The position numbers and the translations under genes were made by a program. The notes under the pieces were generated by a model that saw nothing but the letters and a program-made list of their open reading frames with translations, was not told the DNA's origin and ran no database searches. A stretch of 53,457 nucleotides of DNA, filler included, from Squatina squatina (taxonomy: Eukaryota), in the NCBI GenBank assembly GCA_031763465.1. It is 3 parts of 3 records of this genome, joined end to end, with 100 filler letters (N's around TTAATTAATTAA, not from the genome) between each part and the next. Parts side by side here need not be neighbours in the genome. Positions count along the whole stretch, not along the records: positions 13,726 to 30,170 come from JARFOE010000091.1; positions 30,271 to 53,457 come from JARFOE010000001.1; 1 more part is not named here. One strand, given 5' to 3'. Of the stretch, positions 23,302 to 33,445 are shown piece by piece (the first letter of the stretch is position 1; every line of letters starts with the position of its first letter).

Positions 23302-24508
23302 TCACTTGTGAACTCGCTGGTGTCTCAGCAGATTAGACGACTGAGTGAATTCCTTCCGACACACGGAGCTGGTGAAAAGTCTCACCCCACTGTGAACACG
23401 CTGGTGTCTCAGCAGTTTGGATGAATCAACAAATCCCTTCCCACACTCAGAGCAAGTGAATGGCCTCTCCCCAGTGTGAACTCGCTGATGTCTCTGCAGG
23501 TGGGTTAACTGAATGAATCGCTGCCCACACTCAGAGCAAGTGAACGGCCTCTCCCCAGTGTGAACTCGCTGATGTGTTTGCAGGTTGGTTAACTGATTGA
23601 ATCCCTTCCCACACTCAGAGCAGGTGAATGGACTCTCCCCAGTGTGAATTCGCTGGTGTGTCAACAGGTTGGATGAACTAGCAAAGCCCTTCCCACAATC
23701 AGAGCAGGTGAACGGTCTCTCCCCAGTGTGGACTCGCTGATGTGTCTGCAGGCAGGATAATTGAGTGTATCCCTTCCCACACTCAGAGCAAGTGAATGGC
23801 CTCTCTTCAGTGTGAACTCGCTGATGTGTCTGCAGGTTGGATGACTGAATAAATCCCTTCCCACAGTCAAAGCAAGTGAGCGGTCTCTCCCCAGTGTGAA
23901 CTCGCTGATGTGTCAGCAGGTGCGATATCTGAGTGAATCCCCTCCCACAGTCAGAGCAAGTGAATGGTTGCTCCCCAGTGTGAACTCGTTGATGTGTCAG
24001 CAGGTGCGATAACCGAGTGAATCCCTTCCCACACACGGAGCAGGTGAACGGCCTCTCCCCGGTGTGACTGCGCCGATGAGTTTCCAGCTGGGATGGGGAA
24101 ATGAATCCCTTCTCGCAGTCTCCACATTTCCACAGTTTTTCCCTGGTGCAGGTATTCTTATCTCTCCCCAGGTTGGATGATGAGTTGAAGCCTTGTCCAC
24201 ACACAGAATACGTGGAGAGTTTCTCCCCGCTGTGAATGGTGCGGTGACTTTTCAGGATTTGTAACTGGTTAAAGCCGTTTCCACAGTCAGTGCACTGGAA
24301 CACTCTCACTCGGATGTGTTTGTCTCGGGGCTTTTCCAGTCACACTGATGTTTGAAATCTCTGCCCACAGACAGAACAAACAAATATTTCTCTTTCCACA
24401 TTCAAAGGCCGATGATATTCAGATCCTGATGAATCGGCTGACTCCGTCAAATCTTGATGTGATGTTTGGTTTGAGTTTCCTGTCTGCAAATTCTCCCCAT
24501 CTCATACT
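23302..24508 (-). CDS. Tandem C2H2 zinc-finger exon (10 intact + 2 degenerate fingers); may be a pseudogene
   Basis: ORF 23302..24309 has repeated CxxC-x12-HxxxH with TGERPF linkers. A pyrimidine-rich acceptor (ctcctttttcag) lies at 24509-24520 on the minus strand. The ORF starts at GTG with no internal Met, and there is an in-frame TGA at 24340-24342. Confidence 0.85.
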
Positions 24509-24728
24509 CTGAAAAAGGAGATTACAGAACTCATTAGTGTAAGTACATGACAGAAATTCAGAACAGATAATTCTAGATTCTATTCAACATTCTGCCCTCT
24601 CTTGTTCATCCAAAGCTGTAATCCCCATCCCACATATTGTCCCTCCTCACTGCAAAATCCAAACACATTGCATGTCTCAAGACAGTTTGTCCTCCGCTCC
24701 CAGTTTTCACCACCAAATCTGGCTGCAA

Positions 24729-24852
24729 TCACTGGTTCCCATCTCTTCAGTTCTCCTGAAGGTGCTGACTCTGGCTGGGTTCAGTTCTACACTCACTAGT
24801 TCCCCTCCCTCTCCTCTCCTGAAGGTGCTGACTCTGGCTGGGTTCAGTTCTA
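24729..24852. repeat. Two-copy ~63-bp direct repeat in the zinc-finger intron
   Basis: ctcctgaaggtgctgactctggctgggttcagttcta at 24753 and 24816. Confidence 0.9.
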
Positions 24853-27800
24853 GTACAGTAATAACTGAGACAGGGCCTCGTGTAATAGAAACAGAGACAG
24901 GGTCTAGTGTAATATAGACCCAGATAGGGTCTTCTGCAGTAATAACTGAGGCAGGGTTGAGTGCAATATAAATAGAGACAGGTTCCAGTGTAATAGAACA
25001 ACAACTTGTATTTATATAGCACCTTTAACATAGTGAAATGTCCCGAAGGCGCTTCACAGGAGTATTAAGAGATTTTTTTTTAAATGGACAGCGAGCCACA
25101 TTTGAAGAAATTAGGGCAGTTGACCAAAGGTTTGGTCACAGAGGTAGGTTTTAAGGAGCGACGTGAAGGAGGAAAGAGAGGCAGAAAGGTTTAAGCAGGG
25201 AATTCCAGAGTTTAGGGCCGAGGCAACAGAAGGCCTGGCCATCAATGGTTGAGCGATTATAATCAGGGATGCTCAGGAGGAATTAGAATTAGAGGAGCGC
25301 AGACATCTCAGGGGATTGTGGGGCTTGAGGAGATTACAGAGATAGGGAGGGGCGAGGACACGGAGGGATTTCAAAACACGGATGAGAATTTTGAAATCGA
25401 GGCTTTGCTTACCCGGGAGCGAAGGTAGGTCAGACGGCACAGGGGTGATGGGTGAGCGGGATTGGTGCGACTTAGGACACGGGCAGGCAAGTTTTGGATC
25501 ACCTCCAGTTTACACAGGGTCGAATGTGGAAGGCCAGCCAGGAGTGCATTGGAATAGTCAAGTCTAGGGGTGAGAAAGACAGGGATGAGGGATTCAGCAG
25601 TGGATCAGCTGAGGCAAGGGCAGAGACGGGCGATGTTATGGAGGTGGAAATATGTGGTCTTAGTTATGCTGCGGATATGTGGTCGTAAGCTCATTTCAGG
25701 GTCAAGGATGAGACCAAGGTTGAAAACAGTCTGGTTCAGTCTCAGACAGAAGTCGGGGAGAGGGATGGAGTCAGTGGCTGGGGAACGGATTTTGTGACGG
25801 GGACCAAAAACAAAGGCTTCGATCTTCCCAAGGTCCAATTGGAGAAAGTTTCTGCTCACCCAGAACTGGATATCGCACAAGCAGTCTGACAATTTAGAGA
25901 CGGTGGAGGGGTCGAGGGAGGTGGTAGTGAGACAGAGCTGGGTGTCAGCAGCATTCATGTAGAAACTGATGTGATGTTGTGATGAATACAAACCGAGACA
26001 GGGTCTAGTGTGATATAAAGAGAGACAGGGTCTAATTCAATATAAAGAGAGACAGGGTCTAGTGTGATATAAAGAGAGACAGGGTCCAGTGTGATATAAA
26101 GAGAGACAGGGTCTAGTGTGATATAAAGAGAGAAAGGGTTTGGTTCAATATAAACGAGACAGGGTATAGTTCAATATAAACGAGACAGGGTCTAATGTGA
26201 TACAAAGAGAGACAGGGTCTAGTTCAATGTAAAGAGAGACAGGGTCTGGTGTGATATAAACGAGACAGGGTCTAGTGTGATATAAAGAGAGACAGGGTCT
26301 CGTTCAATATAAACGAGACAGGGTCTAGTGTGATATAAAGAGAGACAGGGTGTAGTGTGATATAAAGAGAGACAGGGTCTAGTTCATTATAAACGAGACA
26401 GGGTCTAGTTCAATATAAACGAGACAGGATCTAGTGTGATATAAAGAGAGACAGGGTCTAGTTCAATATAAAGAGAGACAGGGTCTGGTGTGATATAAAG
26501 AGAGACAGGGTCTCGTTCAATATAAACGAGACAGGGTGTAGTGTGATATAAAGAGAGACAGGGTCTGGTGTGATATTCAGAGAGACAGGGTCTAGTTCAA
26601 TATAAAGAGAGACAGGCTCTGGTGTGATATAAAAAGAGAAAGGGTCTAGTTCAATATAAACGAGACAGGGTCTGGTGTGATATAAAGAGAGAAAGGGTGT
26701 AGTGTGATATTAACAGAGACAGGGTGTAGTGTGATATCAAAAGAAACAGGGTCTAGTTCAATATAAACGAGACAGGGTCGAGTTCAATATAAACGAGACA
26801 TGGTCTAGTGTGATATAAAGAGAGACAGGGTCTGGTTCAATATAAACGAGACAGGGTCTAATGTGAGATTAAGAGAGACAGGGTCTGGTGTGATATAAAG
26901 AGAGACAGGATCTGGTGTGATATAAAGAGAGACAGGGTCTAGTTCAATATAACCGAGACAGGGTCTAGTGTGATATAAAGAGAGAAAGGGTGCAGTGTGA
27001 TATAAAGAGAGACAGGGTCTAGTGTGATATAAAGAGAGACAGGGTCTAGTTCAATATAACCGAGACAGGGTCTGTTGTGATATAAAGAGAGAAAGGGTGG
27101 AGTGTGATATTAACAGAGACAGGGTGCAGTGTGATATAAAAAGAGAAAGGGTGTAGTGTGATATTAACAGAGACAGGGTCGAGCACGAGGTCCAGTATGA
27201 TATAAACTGAGACACGGATGAGAATAATATAAACATAGTCAGGATCAATTGTAATATAAATAGAGACAAGGTCCAGTGTCATATAAATAGAGACTGGGTC
27301 AAGTGCATTAATAATTGACACAGGATCTATTATAATAGAAACAGAGAGAGGGTCTGTTGTAATATGAACAGAGACAGTGTCTCGTGCAGTACAAAACAGA
27401 GACAAGGTCCAGTGCAATATAAACAGAGACAAGGCCTAGTGTAATATAAACAAAGTTACAGTCGAGTGTAATATAAACAGAGACAGGGTGTAGTGCAAAA
27501 TAAAGAGAGACAGGGTCTAGTGTAATATGAACAGCGACAGGGTCGAGTGTAATATGAACAGAGACAAAGTCTAGTGTAATATAAGTAGAGAGAGGGTTTA
27601 GTTTCATACAAACAGAGACAGGGTCTAGTGTGATAAAACAGAGACCGGATTTAGTGGAATATAATTAGACACAGGGTCCAGTGCAATATGAACAGGGACA
27701 GGGACGAGTGTGATATAAACGGAGACAGTGTATAGCGTAACAAAACAGAGACAGGGTCTGCTGGAATATAACTAGAGACTGTGCCAAGTGCATTAATAAT

Positions 27801-28460
27801 TAACACAGGGTCTAGTGTAATATGAACAGAGACAGGGTCGAGTGTAATATAAACGGAGACAGGGTCGAGTGTAATATAAACGGAGACAGGGTCGCGTGTA
27901 ATATAAACGGAGACAGAGTTGACAGCATTAATAACTGACCCAAGGCCTTGTGTAATATAAACTGAGACACGGCCCAGAGTAATATGAACAGAATCAGGGC
28001 GAGTGTAATATAAACTGAGACAGGGTCTAGTATAATATAAACAGAGTCAGAGTCGAGTGTAATATAAACAGGACACGGTCCAATGCACGATAAACAGAGA
28101 CAGGATTGAGGGTGATATAAACCGAGACAGGGTCTAGTGTAATATAAACTGAAACAAGGCCCAGAGAATTATAAAGAGAGACAGGATCTCGTGGAATATA
28201 ATTAGAAACAGCGTCTAGTGTAATATAAACAGAGACAGGGTCGAGCGTGATATAGACTGAGTCTAGTGTAATATGAACAGAGACAGGATCTCATGGAATA
28301 TAATTAGACACAGCGTCAAGTGTAATATGAACAGGGACAGTGTCGAGTGTAATGTGACCAGAGACAGGATCTAGTGTAATATGAACAGAGACAGGATCTC
28401 GTGGAATATAATTGGACACAGAATCTAGTGTAATATTAACAGGCACAGGGTCGAGTGTGA
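24853..28460 (+). repeat. 27-bp (with 25-bp variant) minisatellite array, interrupted by an L2 insertion at ~24997-25980
   Basis: Unit agagacagggtctagtgtgatataaag. Homogeneous over 25993-27180; diverged over 27180-28460 and 24853-24996. Confidence 0.95.
24997..25980 (-). mobile_element. 5'-truncated L2-like LINE (~1 kb) inserted in the minisatellite
   Basis: HHISFYMNAADTQLCL...LSDCLCDIQFWVSRNFLQLDLGKIEAFVFG (L2 RT); the 3' tail (acaacaacttgtatttatatagc) is at the left end. Confidence 0.9.
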
Positions 28461-29265
28461 TAGAAACATAGAAAATAGGAACAGGAGTAGGCCATTCGGC
28501 CCTTCGAGCCTGCTCTGCCATTCAATGTGATCATGGCTGATCATCCAAATTCAGTACCCTGTTCCCGCTTTCTCCCCATATCTCTTGATCCCTTTAGCCC
28601 TAAGAACTATGTCTCACTCCCTCTTGAATATATTCAATGATTTGGCCTCAACTACCCTCTGTGGAAGAGAATTCATCTCAGTCCTAAATGGCTTACCCCT
28701 TATTCTTAGACTGTGACCCCTGGTTCTTGACTCACCCACCATCGGGAACATCCTCCCTGTATCTAGTCTGTCCAGTCCTGCCAGAATTTTATAAGTTTCA
28801 ATGAGATCCCCTCTCATTCTTCTGAACTCNNNNNNNNNNNNNNNNNNNNNNNNNNNNNNNNNNNNNNNNNNNNNNNNNNNNNNNNNNNNNNNNNNNNNNN
28901 NNNNNNNNNNNNNNNNNNNNNNNNNNNNNCTTAAGGGGGAAAGAGAGGTAACAAGACAGAGGGGTTTAGGGAGGAAATTCCAGAGCTTTGGGCCTTGGCA
29001 GCTGAAGGCATGGCTGTCAATGGCGGAGTGATTAAAATCGGGATTTCTCAAGAGGGCAGAATTAGAGGAGCGTAGATATCTCGGAGGGTTGTGTGGCTGG
29101 AGGAGATTACAGAGACAGGGAGGGGTGAGACCATGGAAGGATGAGAATTTTGAAATCGAGGCATTGCTTAACCAGGAGCCAATTAGGCCAGCGAGCACAG
29201 AGTTGATGGATCAGAAGGACTTGGTGAGAGTTAGGACAAGGGCAGCAGAGTCTTGGATGCACTCA
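28460..29265 (-). mobile_element. CR1 3' end (28460-28829) and L2 fragment (28930-29265)
   Basis: EFRRMRGDLIETYKILAGLDRLD; HGLTPPCLCNLLQPHNPPRYLRSS. Confidence 0.85.
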
Positions 29266-29884
29266 TGTAACCTGTAAAGTGTAAAACAAAATCAAAATGA
29301 TTTTGTGTTGCACTGTTTAGTAATAATATTAAGCAAAGATATCGCTCGAGTTAGAACCTAAATAAAGGGACATACATAGAAAGAAAGACTCGTACCTCTA
29401 TGGCGCCTTGGAAAACCTCAGGATGTCCCAAAGTGCCTTACAGCCAATGAAGTAGAAGAGCCAGAGTCGGAGACTGTAAAGCTGAAATATCCAGTTAAAT
29501 GTAAAGCACAAATGGGGTTTGCATTTACCCACTTGTTTTTCCTTATACAAGCAATTCTCTCATATTGCTGCTTGTAATAAGTCAGGAGGACCTGTTGTTT
29601 TAAAGGACAAGAGCGTTGTATAAAACATAGTATTGTGCTGCCAATTGTAGGTATGAGTCCTTAGAGGCTGCAGGAGTCATTGCTCTGGATTCTTAAAATG
29701 GACGCTCAGCTCAAGTATGGATCAGATTGCAGATCAGAACCATGGCTTTGTCAATTAAGAAACTTTAGATATTGTGAATCCAGTGTTAAATATGGTGCAG
29801 AATTTTTCATTACAAATGTGTGAAACCAGAAGTATTGATTTACTAGTTTAAGTATATTATAGAGATGGTTTCCTCATTACTTTC

Positions 29885-30170
29885 AGAACATAATAGCATA
29901 AGAATTAGGAGCAGGAGCAGGAGTAGGCTATTCAGCCCCTCGAGCCTGCTTTGCCATTCAATAAGATCATGGCTGATCTTTGACCTCAACTCCACTTTCC
30001 TGCCCTATCCCCATATCAATCGATTCCAAAAATCTATCGATCTCAGCCTTGATTATACTCAGTGACACAGGATCCGCAGCCCTCTGGGACAGAGAATTCC
30101 ACAGATTCACAACCCTCCGAGTGAAGAAATTCCTCCTCATTTCAGTCCTAAACGGCCAACCCCTTATCCT
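29885..30170 (-). mobile_element. CR1-like 3' end
   Basis: Same 3' UTR/tail as the copies at 11040 and 41765. Confidence 0.85.
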
Positions 30171-30270
30171 NNNNNNNNNNNNNNNNNNNNNNNNNNNNNN
30201 NNNNNNNNNNNNNNTTAATTAATTAANNNNNNNNNNNNNNNNNNNNNNNNNNNNNNNNNNNNNNNNNNNN
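30171..30270. other. Artificial scaffold spacer N44-TTAATTAATTAA-N44
   Basis: 12-mer at 30215-30226 with 44 N on each side. Confidence 0.95.
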
Positions 30271-31854
30271 TAAAGAGAGGGAGAACGTCCATGCATGTAT
30301 TGCCTGGTCGCAATGCCCCAAAAGTGCTCACCGCCAATGAATTACACTTGAAGTGCAAGAGTATAACACAATGATTCTGCTCCTTTCAAAGCAGTTTGTT
30401 CAATGGGAAGAAATGCTAACCAAACTTGAAGCTGCAAAGCAGATAAAGCCACTCGCTGACTGATATCACATCATGTAGCATGGGAGGATCAAAATGTTAC
30501 ATGGATGTGGGGCGATGCATTCTTTTTGCCATCTATATGTATTGTATATGTAATTAGTAATATTGGAAAGTAATATTGTTTGAAAATGTATTCCTGCAAT
30601 GATCTATTTTAAAATCTCCTGCTGTAATAGAACTGGCATTATATGTGATGGTAATCAGAGTGATAGGATGATTGTCTCAGTGATTGAGTGTGCCACATTT
30701 GTAGGTTTACATTATGATATTTAAAACTGAAACTGACCGTAATGTAATCTGATTCCTATTTGAAAAAGAACTGATTACTCATATTTGCCAATTATTGCCT
30801 TCCTTTTGCAGCATTTAAAGACTGGGTGGTTAGTGCAGATATGATGCAAGGTATTCTTTGTGCAACCTATGTAACATAGATAACTTTTTGCAATTTACTA
30901 TGTCATTTGATTAATTTGTCAAGCGGATTGTATATACATAGACTAAATCCTTATCGGTTTTGTGCATTACTGTGGGAATTGATGTATATTAAGCAGCACC
31001 TCTGCCAGACTCAGGTTCTTTCTTTCTCTCTCTCGCACTCGCTCTTTTTTTTGTCGGTGGATAGCATGATTATTGTGACCAGCTGGGATCATAGTAAATC
31101 TGAGTATGGCAAAATTGCACTTTTCCTTCAAGTGAATGTAGTCTTGTCCCCTGGTTATTGATCCCTCTGCTAAGGGAAATAGGTCCTTCCTATCCACTCT
31201 ATCTGGGCCCCTCAATTTTATGCACCTCAGTTGGGTCACCCCTCANNNNNNNNNNNNNNNNNNNNNNNNNNNNNNNNNNNNNNNNNNNNNNNNNNNNNNN
31301 NNNNNNNNNNNNNNNNNNNNNNNNNNNNNNNNNNNNNNNNNNNNNCCTCACAAGCAAAGTAGTTTTGTTTTGGTGGTGATTCTGCTGTAAGATTCTGGGG
31401 GCAATTCCCGCTGGACACTTTAGGCCAGGGGTGGGCTGGAGGGCCACTAAACAAGTTTTGGTGAGCTGTTGAGGTCCGCACACCAAAGTGCGGCCCGCAA
31501 CAGCTCACCGTTAACCAATCGTGAGGTCCCACACAGGCCGCTCACCAGTGTCTGCTGCTGGAAGAGAAACGGTGCAGCAAATTTAAAGGGACCGAACATG
31601 AAAAAAAATTTGGAGGGAACATTGTATAAACATAAATTCAGATAGCAGTCAGATACCACCTTAAATACGCAAAATGTAGTGTAAAATAATAAAGTGTTCT
31701 GTTATTAAGTGAATGAAATGATTGATTGATCGATCGGTTACATGTTGTACTGAAAGTCTACGTGGCTCGAGTCTGCAGGGTGTTCTCTTTTTAGCGTGCT
31801 GAATACAGGAGCCCGAGACTACGCAAGGCCTGAATTACAATCGCATGCCATTAC

Positions 31855-32450
31855 CTGGAGTCCTTGTGCTCCGGGATCCACTCCCGTATCTAAAGCTGCG
31901 ATGAGAAATCTCCCGCCATTGCACTCTGGGTTCAGAGAGTGGAGCAAACCATTCTTTTTGCTATCTATATTAGTATTGTATATGTAGTTAGTAATATTGG
32001 AAAATAATATTGTTTGAAAATGTATTCCACAATGATATATTTTAAAATCTCCTGCAGTAATAGAACTAGCATTATATGTGATCGTAATCAGAATGGCAGG
32101 ATGAATGTCCTAGTGATTGAGTGTGTCTCATTTGTAGGTTTACATCATATTTAAAACCTAAACTGACCATAAAATGTAATTTTATTCATATTTGAAAAAG
32201 AACTGACTGCTCACATTTGCCAGTTATTGCCTTCCATTTGCGGTGTTTAAAGACTGGGTAATTGGTGCAGATATGATGCAACGTTTTTTGTGCAACCTAT
32301 GTAATATCTGGAATTTTATGCAGTTTACTATTTTGATTGATTTGTCAAGAGGATTGCATATACATATAGTAAATCCTTGCCTGTTTGAGAGGAAAGATGC
32401 TGCGCCGGCTTCTTCGGTAAAACCAAGAGTCGTCGAGATGAACAGCCAAG
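31855..32450 (-). pseudogene. TPP2: Tripeptidyl-peptidase II exon-1 relic, copy A, split by a ~440-bp insertion (5' half ~32388-32450, 3' half 31855-31944)
   Basis: The 5' half reads LPKK/(frameshift)AGAASFLS. The 3' half reads [30 protein letters not shown] followed directly by a GT donor (gtaatg). Recalled human TPP2 exon 1: ...[41 protein letters not shown]|intron, including the catalytic-Asp LDTG motif. Confidence 0.85.
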
Positions 32451-32583
32451 ACTCAACGGAGGAGGGAGCGTCCAGTGCACGTGNNNNNNNNNNNNNNNNN
32501 NNNNNNNNNNNNNNNNNNNNNNNNNNNNNNNNNNNNNNNNNNNNNNNNNNNNNNNNNNNNNNNNNNNNNNNNNNNNNNNNNNN

Positions 32584-32830
32584 ATGAGGAGGAATTTCTT
32601 CACCCAGAGAGTGGTGGACCTGTGGAATTCTCTACCACAGAAGGCAGTTGAGGCCAAATCGTTAAATATATTCAAGAAGGAGTTAGATATAGCTCTTAGG
32701 GCTAAAGGGATCAAGGGATATGGGGAGAAAGCGGGAACAGGGTACTGAATTTGGATGATCCGCCATGATCATATTGAATGGCAGAGCAGGCTCGAAGGGC
32801 CGAATGGCCTACTGCTCCTATCTTTGTTTC
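32584..32830 (+). mobile_element. CR1-like 3' end inserted between the duplicated units
   Basis: MRRNFFTQRVVDLWNSLPQKAVEA and 3' UTR. Confidence 0.85.
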
Positions 32831-32907
32831 TAACCACATCAACATATCCTTTGATTCCTTTCTCCCTCATGTGCTTATCTAGCTTCCCCTTAAATGCATC
32901 TATGCTC

Positions 32908-33118
32908 GAGGTGGGCAATTATTTGGGCTGGAGGGCCACTTAACAAGCTTGGTTACCTGTTGAGGGCCGCACACCAATGTTCCCCCTAAGGTATGCAGTC
33001 GCAGAACAACCACAAGATTCTGCACAGGCCGCTCATCAGCTCCTGCCATTGTAAGAGATACTGCGCATGGAAATTTACAGGAACCATACACACACACGAA
33101 ATTATGAAGGAACTTTGC
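32908..33118. mobile_element. hAT-like MITE pieces in the duplicated flank (paralog at ~31427-31624)
   Basis: TIR-like pair caatgttcccc (~32975) and agggaacattg (31614-31624 in the paralog); caggggtggg-type end. Confidence 0.45.
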
Positions 33119-33355
33119 ATAAACATACACAAATTCAGATAGTAGTCAAATACTATTTTAAATACACAAATTGTTGTGTAATGTCTTCCATTATTAAATG
33201 AATTACATGATTGATCGAGCAATTGCATATTGTACTGAAAGCCTACGTGGCTCGAGTCTGCAGGGCCTCCAACATGAGAGGTGTTTTCTTTTTAGTGTGC
33301 TGAGTACAGGAGCCTGAAGCTTTGCAAGGCCCGAATTAGAATTGTGAGCCATTGT

Positions 33356-33445
33356 GTGGAGTCCTTGTGCTCCAGGATCCTGTCCTGTGTCTAAGATGAC
33401 GATGAGAATTCCCCTGCCATCATACTCTAAGTACCGGTAGTGTGG
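33356..33445 (-). pseudogene. TPP2: TPP2 exon-1 relic, copy B (3' half; donor lost)
   Basis: Reads PHYRYLEYDGRGILIVILDTGQDPGAQGLH (ORF 33203..33487). The donor GT is replaced by AC. The 5' half is presumably within or beyond the gap at 33803. Confidence 0.85.

Noticed and set aside
25993-27180. CRISPR-like array
   Set aside because: Units are contiguous tandem repeats with no unique spacers and no cas genes; the context is eukaryotic. The same applies to 18513-18742.
31069-31110. Box C/D-like pair (atgatta...ctga)
   Set aside because: Only ~35 nt apart with an imperfect C box and no terminal stem; too short for a snoRNA.
3248-33445. An antigen-processing cluster (MHC class I plus TPP2, a peptidase implicated in class I peptide trimming)
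   Set aside because: The two lie in different blocks separated by two artificial spacers, and the TPP2 pieces are dead exon-1 fragments.
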